From NCBI GenBank assembly GCA_951406725.2, contig OX597814.1, positions 187,550,001-187,614,000 on the forward strand: a DNA stretch of 64,000 nt, given 5' to 3'. Below the pieces are notes generated by a model. The model ran no database searches and was not told the DNA's origin. It saw nothing but the letters and a program-made list of their open reading frames with translations. The DNA is from Octopus vulgaris (taxonomy: Eukaryota). Shown here piece after piece: positions 37,757-52,214 of the stretch. The translations under genes and the position numbers were made by a program. Within the stretch, counting starts at the first letter, position 1. Each line of letters opens with the position of its first letter.

Positions 37757-39177
37757 ACGTGCGCGCATATATGCCTTCCCAACAGAAAAGATTTAAGTGA
37801 ATACTATCAACTCAAACACTGGCAGCAATATTGTAATGTGCAGTTATGGGTGAAATTCTTTTGGCTTCTGTTGTGAAACCAATAGCAACAAATTGAAAGA
37901 CAATGCAAAATTAAAACTCTTCAAGATATAGCTGTACACATTTCGTAATAATTTTAATAAATAACAACTATAATGATTTTAGTTTAAAATGATTTCAAGT
38001 ATGAGTTGAAAAAAAAATAACACTGGTGTTGACATAATACACACAGAAACACACACATACAAATATAATCTTTCATTCTCCTATTCCTTCACAGATTTTA
38101 TTCATCAAACTACTAGCTTATGAAACATAATTGGTATCAACACATAAGCATTCATAGATATAGGGAAACACACAGAGAAAACATACACAAATATTATCAT
38201 AGGCTTCTTCACAGTTTCTAAGTACCGAATTTCATCTATGAATGACTTTGGTTTGAATAGTCATCAGCATACGTTTTTTAAAATCTTTTTAATTATATTT
38301 GTTTTGGCATTTTTTAAAAAATTAGTCTGCCAGTTTTTATGTTTTGAACATCAGAATCTGGAGCAAAAATTGTTTTCATCTAAAGAAAAATTTTTTTTTT
38401 TTCTAAAATTTTGGAAACTGATTATGTTTGAGGGATTTACAGCAGCAGTACTCCTTTTTTTTTTCTTTTCTTTTGACGCTATTGTATATAAATATATTAC
38501 ATTTGCATTTTAAATGTAAAAATAAATTTTGTTTACATTTGAAAGTGTTAGTTATTTCATTTTCTGAGAATTTAAAATGTCGTTTCAAGATGAAAATGAA
38601 AACGTACACAGAATATATTTTTATACAGAAGGAAAAAAAACTAAAAGAAAAGCCCCCTTTTTTTCCTTTTCTAATTTACAGTTTCTGAATCTCTTACATT
38701 CAAGGCAAAAAAACTTGAGGACTATTTAAAAAAAAGAAAAGTTTAATAAAAGTTTGAAGAAGGTTAAAAAATTCTATGGTAGGGGTTTTAAAAAGTCCAT
38801 GTGAAAACAAATATATATTCACCATTGACTCCCATATCTTTGGAGATGATGGAAAATACATACACAATCAAACTCCTATATACACCTGTAAAAGTATACA
38901 CACATGCACCAACCTCAAATTAGTATTGGTTATAAACATATGCCTACACACAAAAGCATATGAATATACTCTAACTTATCTCAGCCATTAGACTGCAGAT
39001 ATGGTGGGAAATGGACTTCAAGGGGTTTTAGTTGATCAGTCAAGATACTTATTTTAATGGTTTCTGTTTAGTGAACATCTAATTTACCTTTTGATATAAA
39101 GGTAATCAATTCAATGTACCATTTTATGCTAGCATAGCCAAACATGAACATACATGCTTGCATGGATTGTGTACACA

Positions 39178-39241
<64 letters not shown>

Positions 39242-41149
39242 CATATAATAGGCTTATTTTCCATCTCACAAATTTCATTTTCCAGATATTGATAAACACA
39301 AGACAGAAGTAGAAAACATTTGCACAAAAACTCATGCAGTAGGATCTAACTTGGAATGCTGTAATTTCAGCATGAACTTCTTGAGCATAAGGCTATATCT
39401 GCAATTGTTTATGCACATGTGTGCATACATCTGTGTGATTGTGTGCATACAGAGACAGAGAGATAGGAGAAAAGGATTACAAAGAGAGAGATATACCACA
39501 GAGAGTAACAAAAGTGCAAGACTGTTTATAGGAGATTCATTATAACCTATAACCTTGAGTAATAATATTTTATTTATCTAATTGTTTAGCTTGAAAATAC
39601 AACAATCCTATTACATAAATAGTTTTCAATTATTGCTAGTTGAAGATCAAAATAGTAATTTGGTTTTTACAACTGATAGCCAAATATCAAACTGGGGTAC
39701 AAGGCCACAAATTTGAAAGGAAGGGGAATGGAATGTCTTGAGAGAATTGAAGACTTCAAATATTTTGGAATCATTGAGAGCTTAAATATTACTCTACTTC
39801 ATCCAAACAAAAGCTAGGAAGAGGTTCAAGTTGTTACCAGGTAGGCATATGTTTTCTATCACAGCAACACTTGAAAGAGAAAAGTAGTATTCACATGAAA
39901 TGTACTGACATTGTGCTTATTTGTTTGTTCTACACAAATGAATTTAGAATCAGAATATAAATAAAGCTACGATCAGAGAATCAAGTGGTGTTGGGTTGGA
40001 TGTGGTTAACCAACGTACAGTTTTCCGAGAAAGAAATTTTTTAAATTAGCATATGTATTCACATATACATATACATATGCATATACTCACTCGATGTCAA
40101 AAAACTACATACAATAAAAGCAAGTTCTTAGTAGTCTGTATCTATAAGTTTTAACATGGAATGAGCTAATTTTCACTTTAAGCATATTGCTAGTAGCATT
40201 TTTGAAAGGCCTGAACATTGTGGGCATTGCAATAGCTATCATCTCTATCTACACTTGTACTGAGTCTTTTATTCAATCAATGTCTATTTGTGCATAACTA
40301 CACATAAAAAAAAAACACTTGCACAACTATACGAAAAACAAAACTATGTATGCATGTACATTTATGCATGTATTTGCATACAATAACAAAACCACTAACA
40401 CAGTGTAGTTATGGATAAATATGTAAACAGAAATCACAAAAACATATTTGAGACTTGTAGACAAACAGTAGCAGCTTCAGTAACTGAATGTGTGACCAGT
40501 TTTGGACTGTTGTTAAGCAACAAGACGGGTAAAGGTGATTAGGTGATGGTCTAGGGCTTAGGGGCGGGAGACCCCAGACCTTGCGGGGGAAGAAAAAAAA
40601 CTTTGGTTGTCTTGTAGTCGAGGGCTCTCCATTGATGCCCAACACCTCTGGGAGGTCATTATATTATGTGGGTAATTATTTGATTACATCTTTCTTAAGA
40701 AGATATATTCTTTTTAAATAACTATTTGGAAGTAAGGTAAGCAGGCCCTGGTCAACCATAGTAAAAGACAAGACTAATCGAATGATAGTCACTTTCAACT
40801 GCCAAAGTTCCTCTGGTTTTCCACGGGTTATATTTTCGCAGCTTGAATAAATATGTTTCTTAAGCCAATTGTATATGATTTCTGCATATAAATATCTATT
40901 GCATGCATGAGCACATGCACACACACACTGTGTGTCTCAGGGAGACAGACAGACAGAGAGAGCAATTAAGCAGATATTTCAAAATTACTGCCAAGTTTTA
41001 CTTTGTAAAAACTGTGCCTGTGTGCCCAAGATTCCACACAGTGGGACAAAATTCAAAGTTATAAGAGAAAAATGTTTAAAAAAATGTACTTTTGTGTGTT
41101 TACATAAAGTCTGAAGATTCATGGTGTATGTGTGTGAGAGAGGGAGAAG

Positions 41150-41235
<86 letters not shown>

Positions 41236-41259
41236 TTCTATAAGAAAATTCCACTAATT

Positions 41260-41690
41260 TGTAAAAGAAGAATTAATGGGAAAACTTTGAAAGAAATTGA
41301 TAGTTTTAAATATCTGTGAAGCCACTGTTACATTAAATAGTAACAAAAAGCATCAAAGAAATTATATGAAGGATTGGACAGGCCAAAGTTGCTTAGGGTA
41401 AGATCAAATATATTTTGCCAAATAAATAGCAATCAAAAAGAGTAAGGAAGTAAAAGTCCTACAGGCACACATAGAACCTATCCTTACATATGGTTGTGTG
41501 ACTGGAATAACAACCAACAAGTGTAAAAGGTGCAGAGATGTTCTGGAGAAGAATGTCCTGAGATGTCCTAAGCAAATAGAGTGACAAATATGAAAGTCTT
41601 TAGATAAGCAAAAACCACCAGAAAGTTCTCAACAACATAAGAGGGAGGGGAGGAAAGAGGCTCAGTTCATTGGCCAACATGTGATCAAAA
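41260..41690 (+). mobile_element. Decayed LINE ORF2 C-terminal fragment
   Basis: INGKTLKEIDSFKYL* (FxYLG motif) and IEPILTYGCV motifs with stops and frameshifts. Confidence 0.65.
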
Positions 41691-41890
41691 AAGGGTAAAC
41701 CTTGAGTGCAGGAGAGAATTAGGTAACTGGAATGAAGGTGAAACCAGGGAACCTAAGCAGAAGATACCTGATGACCTTACTAGCTGACTTGATATTGGTA
41801 TATTCATGTACAGGATACAGGATAGCAGTTTCATACATATACAAGAATAACAGGGGAAGCAACTGAGAGCCAAGTGTATGTCTGTGTATA

Positions 41891-42273
41891 TCTCTCTATA
41901 TATAAACGGCAGTTTGTCTGTGCGTTTTCTGTGTGTCTGTTTTCTCGTACCCTCACCCTGACCACGGCTTTCAACCGATTCTGATGAAACTTGACACACA
42001 CATAGCCCAATGTCATAATTCAAAACTAACGCAGCGAAAATTTTGAAAAGTTCCCCCAGTTCTGAAAAAAATCGATAAATTCGACATGGGGTCGAGAATC
42101 AGAAACCCAAACCACAGACCGTCTAGGGGACGCAACTCCACCTTTTTTAACTCTCAAAAAAATTTACCATCATTTCTTTTCCATTTTTTTGCTATTTTTT
42201 GGCTATAACTCTCTAAAAATGCTTTATAGTTATTTCCCTTACAAACCTGAGCAACGCCGGGCGATACTGCTAG
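41891..42273 (+). mobile_element. Non-autonomous Helitron-like element
   Basis: A|TC 5' end (tctctctatatataaacggc); GC-rich subterminal imperfect hairpin cctgagcaacgccgggc shortly before CTAG|T. Confidence 0.75.
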
Positions 42274-43279
42274 TGTATATCTACATGTCATTCAAGCATG
42301 CGTGCCTGTGTGTGTGTGTGTGTGTGTGAGACACTGTATGTATGTATTTATGCAGAAAGGTTATCTTTAGGGCTGTGTGAGCATGTTTCTATTAGCATAT
42401 AGGTGGTGTGTGTGTGTGCGCATGCATGGAACTGTGAAGTGCGTTACCCATGAAATTCTTTGTAGATATTGCTTTTTGTAGAGAATATGTGTGTATGTGT
42501 ATGTCATTGTTGTGAGCGTGTGTGGGTGTATATTTCATTGTTGCATATGTTGGTTAAGCCTAATATGTATAGCTGTTAGTGCATGTTTGTATGTTTGTAT
42601 ATCCATGTAGCCTGGTGCATATAATTCCATATATGGTCTATGTATTTGATTTTCTTAGAAGCTGTGCATGTATGTGTGTTTCTTTTAGTGAATAGGTGAT
42701 AAGTAAATACACATGACCGTGTGAAAGTAGGAAGTGTGTGAGTATGCTTGGGATTTTCTACAAGTTGTGTAAATGGATGTGTTTGCAATGTTGTGTGTGT
42801 GTGTGTGTGTGTGTGTGTTTCTGTGTGTCCCTTGCATGATATGAACTCTCTCTTGCTTTACTTAATTTAAAATGAAGACAATAACCTGAATACACTACCT
42901 AGAAGTAATATAATGAATTGTCTATAAATAATATAATGAAATGTCCATCATGCAGAAACATGTTCCGAGACACATTTATAAAGGAAAATATGGAATTTTG
43001 AATAAATGTATATTTAACTGTATAAACATAATGCCCTGAAAAAATATATTTTCCACTTCTTCACTGGCTTGACTCCCTTGCAAGAACAAAATCAAAAAGA
43101 AAAGAAAATGAAATGGAACTACTAATCAACAAACATATTGTTCTTTTGAGGGAAAAAAAATGTAATCGCCAACAAAGGAAATTCGAACATATGACAATGG
43201 TCATGGGATGTAGAATAAAGAGACAAATCATTGTCATAAAGCTACATTAGAATTTAATGTATGTGTGCAACCAACTCAC

Positions 43280-43297
43280 CAACAGGACATACCAGCC
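43280..43297 (-). other. Weak candidate 18-nt microexon (GGCTGGTATGTCCTGTTG)
   Basis: Donor TTG|gtgagt and acceptor ccatttttctcag|; the polypyrimidine tract is short, so this may be chance. Confidence 0.25.
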
Positions 43298-43368
43298 CTG
43301 AGAAAAATGGCTGACACTAACAAAAACAGACAACAGAATACTTTCCATATCACATACACACTATATTC

Positions 43369-43394
<26 letters not shown>

Positions 43395-43399
<5 letters not shown>

Positions 43400-43560
43400 G
43401 AATTTACAAAAATACAAAAGACAAAGACGGGTGTGTAAACAACAAACAGATGTATTAGTTTAACACTCAGGAAGCAAGAAAGTCTTTTATGCTTCGAGCC
43501 TATGCTCTTCGACAGGAAGGAACACAGAAATAAACACGGAGAGAAAATAAGAAAGGTTTA
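43395..43560 (-). mobile_element. Penelope-like repeat end with hammerhead-like motif
   Basis: Minus strand CTGTCGA-AGAGC-ATAG-GCTC-GAAGC-ATA at 43488-43515; homologous to 18332-18540. Confidence 0.5.
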
Positions 43561-44699
43561 TTGGCTAAATTTTCATTAGAATTATAATGTGTGTGTGTGT
43601 AATGCACTCATGTATACTGCACTCTAATTATAGGTAGAGAAATTACAGGCAAAATATATCTTGCGCATTATATGCACTTATTTTCATAAGAATTATAATG
43701 TATGGAAAATGGAGATTAGTCAGATTTATCATAGTTGCTGTATAAGATACATTGTAAAAGTTCACAAATCCTAAACAGAACAAAAGTGATTTTTTAAGGG
43801 ATTCAGTAGTACCTTAATGTCACAGCTGGCAAACATGGGTTCCAAGGAATTACTGCCATCAACATTCTGTTTGAAAGGCCAGAATATAACACTTTCATTA
43901 TTGAGAAATGTAAACACTTTCCTTGTCTGAATATGTAGATAAAACAAAATACTTGAAATATTCAATACTGAAAGTGTTTACATTCTGAATTATGCCTTTT
44001 ATAATGATGGCAGTAATTCCAAGGGACCCATCTTTACCAATTGTAACAATTTTAACATTACATTAAACGATATATATCCTACATTATCTATGGAACGATG
44101 AATTGATTGGAAGGTCATGGCTAGAACACATTCATGTTATAGTGTTTTGAAGCAAGTTATTAAAACAAAATTTTAAGATGTACATGTTCTTGTAACAACA
44201 TATATACACAAACTAAGATATGCAGCTGCGTGTAAACAGAAACTAATAACATTTCATCATTTTGTTATTTCTGTTTTGCTTTTACATTTCGTTTCTGAAT
44301 ATTTTAACAGTATTAGTAAATAATAAACATGCTTGATTAATATGGTCTGTGACGTGAGCATACATTTGAAATAAAATGAACACTTAATATATTATCACTA
44401 TACTATAGAAAAATGTAACAACAGTTTAAACTCCTTGTTATACATCACTTAGCTAGTACAATAACTAACTGACTTCTGGTTATGCCACCTCGACTGTGGC
44501 CACATGTGTACTACTAATTTTTAAGTTTAAAAAGTGTTTATTTCATGGGAATAAATGTGTGCATGTATGAGTACACACACACACACATATATACTTTTAT
44601 ACTTATATATATATATATATGCATGCACATGCTTATGCATACATGCATGCACACACACACACACAGTCCCCCTCTCTCTCTCTCTCTCTGTCTATCTTC

Positions 44700-45770
44700 T
44701 TATATCCTCTGCACTGAAGGCTCATGTCTTACTACCATGCAGCATTACAGTTCTAATATAAACATCATACAATCTGCCCTTCACTCTGAAGATAAATAAA
44801 GACCTTTGTTGCCTACAACAGTTATAGCTCCTTGAAATTTCTCTAACCTATTTTTGCCATGGCTGCTATACTTTCAAAGCAACCACCTACCCTGCTAATT
44901 ACATCTCCTAGGTAACAAAAGCTTCTAGTAAACTGTCCAAGAATTTAAGAGAATCTATTTCCGCTGTGCTCATGGTACACACTGTTCAAGTGCATCTAGA
45001 GCTTACATTTTCTGTTAGTCTGTGTATGATTCCACTATACCTCTTATTTGTTGCTAGCTTACAATGGGTACAGTATATTGAGATTATACCTACTCCTTTT
45101 CTGCATCTCAAGCAAGGCCACTCCCCTGAAGACACCAGGGATTTATCTTTCCCACTCACAAAATCCTTTGTCTTTGGTAAGTTTACCTTAAGACCTCTCT
45201 ATTCTAGGTTTAGCTTCCAAGCTGGGAACTGCCTCCCTAATTCCCTTGCAGATTCAGCCATGCAAAGCAGTTCCCATTGAGAGCCATTGACAGTGTTGGC
45301 TTGTAGGACTATGATGACTAGGAGAGGACTGAAGACTGAACCTTGATGAACTCTTATCCTCACACTAAATTGTAACTAACTGCATCTTTGTACTCAGTTC
45401 GTACAGCCCTCACAAGCCATTCATCTCTATCTAGTTCCCTTAGTGATCACCAAATTACTGAACATGGCACCCGACAAAATGCCTTCTCTAAGTCAACAGA
45501 TGCCAGTAGTAGTGGTTCACTTATGGCCATGTACTTCTCCTGCAGTTGATCCACTAGGAAGAATGCATCTGTGGTGCCTCATCTGGACATGAAGCTAAAC
45601 TGCATCTCAAATAGGTCAACTCTGTCATGGATCTTCTTATGAAATAGTTTGATTTCCCTATAATTTCCTCTCTCTCTAAAACATCCCCTTTGCCTTTGGA
45701 GCAGTTTATGATGATACCTTTCTGTATGACCTGATTAATTATCTGGGTGGTAATCATGTATCCATATAAC
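44700..45770 (-). mobile_element. Decayed RTE LINE RT fragment
   Basis: VDLEKAFCRVP (~45466-45498) and RVHQGS (~45337-45355) on the minus strand. Confidence 0.75.
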
Positions 45771-46329
45771 CAAGTAAACTATGCAGGTGGTAAATAAATA
45801 TATATGTATGCACATACATACGTACATACATACATACATAGACAGACAGACAGACAGACGATCATCCTCATCATCATTTTATGTTCACTTTCCTAGTTAG
45901 CATGGATTGGACAGCTTGTCACAGTCCAAGTCAGTTGTTATTTAGACCTACTTCTCCCTAGATGGGTTAGAGACTATGTTTAGTTGTGATTCATTTTTAG
46001 CTTGGCTTTTATAGTTGGATGTTCTTCCTATGATTAACCACTTTACAGAATGTACTGGGGACATTTCATCAAGGCACCAGCACTAGAGAGGTTGTCATGT
46101 CCTTGACAAGACCAACAGGCCTTTTCAACCCTATGTCACCTCAGTACATTCAAACAATGACTAACAATGTCAAACAAAGAAGTTAAATGGAAAAGATAAA
46201 AAAGACATAATGCATTGCTTGCACAACTCACAACAAGCTTAAGATACCAAGGAATCATACTATACACAACCATGGCTACATAATTCAATTCACTTCAGCA
46301 AAACTGAACACAGCTCACAGCACTTTATC

Positions 46330-46520
46330 ACCATAATCATCACTCAATGTCCCTTTTCCAAGCTGACACGGGTTGGACGGTTTGACAGGAGCTAACAAGC
46401 CAGAGGATGGCACTAAGCTCTACTGTCTTCTTTGGCATAATTTCTATGGCTGGATGCCCTTCCTAATGTCAACCACTTTACAGAGTGTGCATAGTGCTTT
46501 TTACGTGACACTAGCAAGGT
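46330..46520 (-). mobile_element. Degenerate SINE C (another decayed copy at ~45860-46110)
   Basis: gggttggacggtttgac...ggctggatgcccttcctaatg. Confidence 0.7.
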
Positions 46521-47368
46521 CACCGAGTAACTTACAGGACAAAACCTCTCAACTGAATGGGGAGTTGTACAGAGGGAAGTGGGTTTGTGCCAAGTGATGA
46601 GAGATTAGAATATGACAGAGAGATAGAAACAGGTGTCTTGCAATAGAGGAGATACATGGCGTCCCCAGTTGGAGAGAGAGAGAGATGAAAATGTGTTGGG
46701 ATACACCCTCAAGTTACAGTGAGTGTGAAGCGGTCAGAAGATTGGATAGAGTGAGTGAGCAGGTAAGTTTGAGAATACTTCCACTTCACCACAAAAAAAC
46801 CCAACTCTCTCACCTTGTTTTTCAACTTTTTTTTTCCACCTTTCATTCAATTCCTTTCAAATTGAACTAGTAACCAATCCATCAAGCTATAATCACTGAA
46901 TTACCTGTATGAGATACAAACTATCACAAAGGCTGCCTCTGATTATAATAAGACATTCAACAATTGTATTTTGCAGTGACATATGGTGCATATGTTCCAG
47001 TACAGTTATTGTGTGTGGTGTGTATTTCTAATGATATTCATACTTCACAGAGAGAGATGAGGTGGGGGGGGGGGCATTGTAATTATTAAGTATACATTTG
47101 TTGTGCATGTGCCTCTAATCTTGCCTTCAATGATGCTTACAATTCAGAAATAATAGTAAAAGTTGCATCACCTGGACTATAAAAGAATACCATTTTGAAC
47201 AGAAGTGTAATAGATATTTAGCAACCTTTTCCACACAAGATCTGTGTTCATCAGTTGCCAATGGCTTACAGTCAGGCTGACTGAATATTAGCCAATTTTC
47301 TTGGTTAGCAGGGAACACAAGGTATTTGTATGTCTTTAAGATAGTAATTTATATAATAAATAACACAT

Positions 47369-47427
<59 letters not shown>

Positions 47428-47866
47428 CATATATTATATATATATAATTATATATATATATATATATAAAATATATAATGATATATGCATATATATATGT
47501 ACATACCTACATATATGTGTGTGTGTGTGTGCGTATATATATATATATATATATACAAATCCAAAAGGCTTTGGTCGGCCCAATATATAAATATATGCAT
47601 ATATGGGCACAGGGCATCAAAAAACCGTTAAACACAATGAGAAACAAAAACAAAGACAAAAACAAATGAACTTTTTTCAAAAAATGAAAAAAACAGGAAA
47701 ACGAGACATACAACATATAGAATGTTCCCCTTCATCAGTTGTCCCTGTTTCATCTATTCCGCGTCTCGAAGGTATATGTTTGTATATATGCATATAATTA
47801 TATATTATTTATATTATTATATGATTGAACGCCATGCATCCTCTTGCAAGTATATATATCATATAT

Positions 47867-47915
<49 letters not shown>

Positions 47916-48061
47916 CAAAAATAAGGGTGAAAAAAATTGAATATTAATTTAATAATAACATCAATTTAACACCTAGTGGTTTAGCACATAAAAACCTGGG
48001 ATACAGTAAAAATTAATACACAAATATAAGAGAGCGACCACATAGTGGACACTCTCTTATA

Positions 48062-48134
<73 letters not shown>

Positions 48135-48779
48135 TTGTGTGTGTGTGTGTGTGTATGTATGTATTATATATAGAGAGATATGTGCAGCATGGGTGTGTGG
48201 TTAAGAAGTTAATTGAAGATTCTCAACTCTAAATGTGTGTGTGTGAGGCAGACAGAGAGTGGGTGGGGAGAGAATATAGATATATTAAAGTGTAATTGTA
48301 AATGCATATGAATATGTTTGCAAAATCTAATCACTGAACATGCAAGGCTTAATCCAAGAACTCAATACATGTATATAATATATTAAACTGATGGACAGGC
48401 TTCATAATATTCAAATTCACTGATTGAGTCAATACCAAATCCTTAGTTCATGCCAATCTAATATAATAATTGAGTGAGAAGAAAATATTTTTGTCATTGA
48501 TAATAATTGGAACCACATGACTAATTCTAAAGACTATCTGCTGATATCAATCAATAAGAATGAACATCATAAGCAACTGTATCAATCATGTGATCTATCA
48601 CCTGATAAACTACTTCAGCAACCAGAAAGCATCCAACACCTTTAAATACCCCAAACAACCACCCCGTTGCATTATTTCAAATTTACTCATTGATGAGTGT
48701 ATGCTTGACTAATATCATTTACATAGAACCTTCAGCTATGAGGAAACAATTTAGTTTATCAAAATACAATTATATATAC

Positions 48780-48832
<53 letters not shown>

Positions 48833-48926
48833 CGTGCTCACTCACTCTATCTAATCTTCTGACCACCACACACACACACACACTTATATTGTATGATATA
48901 TGTATCGTGTGTGTGTATATATATAT

Positions 48927-48980
<54 letters not shown>

Positions 48981-49021
48981 ATGAGAGTGAGAGAGAGACA
49001 GACAGACAGATAGATAGATAT

Positions 49022-49147
49022 CGCAGTGAGCTGGTAGAATTATTAGCTGACCAGGCAAAATGCTTAGCTGAGATCAACTTTGCCTTTCACCCTTTTCGAG
49101 GGTCAACTAGCTCATCCCCACAAAATTTCTTGTGCTTATAGTAGAAA
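49022..49147 (+). mobile_element. Internally deleted SINE B
   Basis: gtgagctggtagaa...aactttgcctttcacccttttcgagggtc...cttgtgcttatagtagaaag. Confidence 0.7.
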
Positions 49148-49192
49148 GCAGACACAGGCAGACACACACACAGACACCCACCCACCCACACA

Positions 49193-49239
<47 letters not shown>

Positions 49240-51429
49240 ATAAAATGTGTGAGTGTATGTGAGTACATGCACACACATGCATGTGTGCAGGTGTAAGTTC
49301 ATGAGTATATGTGTCTTATATGATGGAACTGCAAATGGTATTACTTTTTAGTTCAGCTGACTTAACAGCATTTGCAGAACTATTGCATATATCACTTCTC
49401 AGTTAAATGCAATGCAGAATCATAGCAATTGGGTTTGTATAGTCATGTATATGTCTTCTGACTGCCAATAGAAAGGCAACATGTATTATTAATTATGGCA
49501 GTCATATGTCATTTATTGTAAATTATGGCAGTCATATGTTCTTTTAGGCAGTAATGATTATTGGCTTATTTTGGTTCATATGCCTACAAAGTAGCTAAAC
49601 AAAATTAGCCTTATCCAATGAAGTTTCTTTTTTTTATGTTTCATTTCAATTTTGTATTGTTAATGCAATTTTCTTCAAAATGCACAAATCTATCAAGATT
49701 TTTTTTTCTTCTTTTTTGCATCCTATCAATTGCAATTTTTTCTTCCTAGCTTTCCACACTTTTTATTTTTCAGTTCAGATTTAAGGCAACTTTGATTTCA
49801 GTTTGTGAAATATTACTCCATAGACTAGATGCCTTCATCTTTCAATACAAACTATGTGGCCTGCCCGATTCAGTCTGCTACATCACATCAGAGCTTCTAT
49901 GCTTACAAAATTTGTTAACTCTAAGATCTCAACATCACCCCTATACACACACGATAGATTGGTCAAAGATACTTTCATTGAAAATGTACCAGCTGTTAAA
50001 CATGTTTTGAAAATAATGTACATGTTTCACAGCTAGACAACAGATGAAATGTAGGTTTTGAAAATAGATATTTGAATGTCACAGTCAACGGTGGCAAAAA
50101 CATCATTAGCATTTTTATGTCAGCTTTCTCTATGTTGGCATAAAGAAAGAAAGGTGTAATACTGATGTATAAAGGTAAAGACACCCCCCGCATGCGCACA
50201 TACACATATATACATAGAAATATATATTATAGATATATAAAAGAAGCCACTTATTACATAATCATGGATATTATCATGCTTTTGTTATCGAAATTACTGG
50301 GACCAAAATTCTTTCTTTAAAATATATTAAAAATTATCCACTTATTGGTATCAAAACTCTGGATAGTATCAAAATGTGTCAAGTAAATCATTATACAATG
50401 ACTAAAATCACATGGAATCTAAAGAAAAATCTAAAGAAAAAAAGCACTGCTAGCTATGGAGATGTGATAGATAGTTGCATGTTGGAGCAGTGATGATGGT
50501 AATGGCATCATATGATATTGCTGGGAATGGAGGAGGAAGAACTGGTGTGTTACGTTAGTCAGTGTTGCTGGTAGTATTGGTATAGGTATTGGTGTGTGTG
50601 TGTGTGTGAGAGAGAGGAGAGTATAGAAAGCCATTTGTTAAAACCACAGCTGATGTTATTAAACAGTTGTTATCAAAATTACTGCATCCCTAATTCCTTG
50701 TTTAAAATAAAATAAAACAAATTATCCAATTAATACAATCAAAGCTCTGGATATTTTATCAAAATTATAAATAACATGCTGCATAATTGCAGTAATCACT
50801 ATGGGGATCTAAAGAAAAGTGTCACAAGCTATGGAGACATACGTAATAAGTTGGTGGCAGTGATGGATGGCAGTTGCAGTTGTAAAGATGGTGGTGGAAT
50901 TTGTATGCTCTGCCTGGGAATAAAGAAAATGCTGGTGTGTTAAGTTCAGACAGCTTGCTTTGTGCCTTTGAAACTGTGTGGATTCCTTGAAAAACAGGAA
51001 GATGGCTAGCATTAGGAAGGGCATTCAGCTGTAAAACAACGCCTCGATAACAAATTTGTCTAACCTGTGCTAATATGGCAAAATGAGCTTAAAACAGAAT
51101 GAATGAATGAATGAATGAATGCATGCATGCATGTATGCATGCATACATGCAAATTGCAAGGAACCTCACTAGTGCAAATGGTATGAAAAGAGCACCCAGT
51201 CAGTACACACTATAAAAGGTTAGCATTAAGAAAGGCATCCAGCCACAGAAATCATGCCAAACCAGGCACTGGAGTACAGCTCAGTCCTTAGATCATCAGA
51301 TCTTGTCAAACCACCCAAACTATGCTAGTAAGGAACATATTATAATGATATGACAAACACACACACATGCGCACACACACACACACAAACACATTTAGAG
51401 TTGAGAATCTTCAATTAACTGAGATTTTC

Positions 51430-51620
51430 CTGTTGGTTTGCCGTGCCCCCAAAACATGTACCGAGAGTGATAAAAATCAAACATCCAGTCAACGTCATGG
51501 TATTTAGAGTGATCACTAGTGATGGCGACATTATGCCTTCATTCATCTTCCCACACAGCCTCAGACTCAACACGGGGGGGGGCCTACATCAAGTGCCTGG
51601 AGGAGGTAGTGCTGTCCTGG
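51430..51620 (+). mobile_element. Fragment of the DD37D (maT) transposon
   Basis: PKHVPRVIKIKHPVNVMVFRVITSDGDIMPSFIFPHSLRLN is nearly identical to ORF 56753-57112. Confidence 0.9.
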
Positions 51621-52044
51621 GTCACTACCAGCTGGCTAAGTTTTAAATCTCCAAACCAAACAAGTGACACAGCTTCAGCAATGCCAGCTAATCTAACTTT
51701 TTGGAAAATAAAGAGAGTTAGGAGAGGACATTGCCTTTAAAACCAACTACTGAAAGAAACTAAGACAGTTTTAAAACTTGCAATAAGTCATCTGTGAAGC
51801 ATATTCACCTTGTTGATTTGGCTTAGTCGTAATCAAGTATATAAAGAAATACAGGTAAAATAGCGGCAGTAGTTGTGTATATCAAGAATAAAACGGGAAA
51901 AATATTTATATATATATATATATATAGAGGGCATTATTACACATAAATGCCACACGCTAGGAGGGACTCTTAAAGTCAAAACTACTAAAATAATTCTTAT
52001 GAAGATTTTATCCAATTTTTAAATTATATATATATATATATATA

Positions 52045-52214
52045 CACTACACTCACGGAGTGGTTGGCGTTAGGAAGGGCATCCAACTGTAGAAACATTG
52101 CCAGATAAGACTGGAGCCTGGTGCAGCCTTCTGGCTTCCCAGATCCCCGGTTGAACCGTCCAACCCATGCTAGCATGGAGAACGGACGTTAAACGATGAT
52201 GATGATGATGATGA

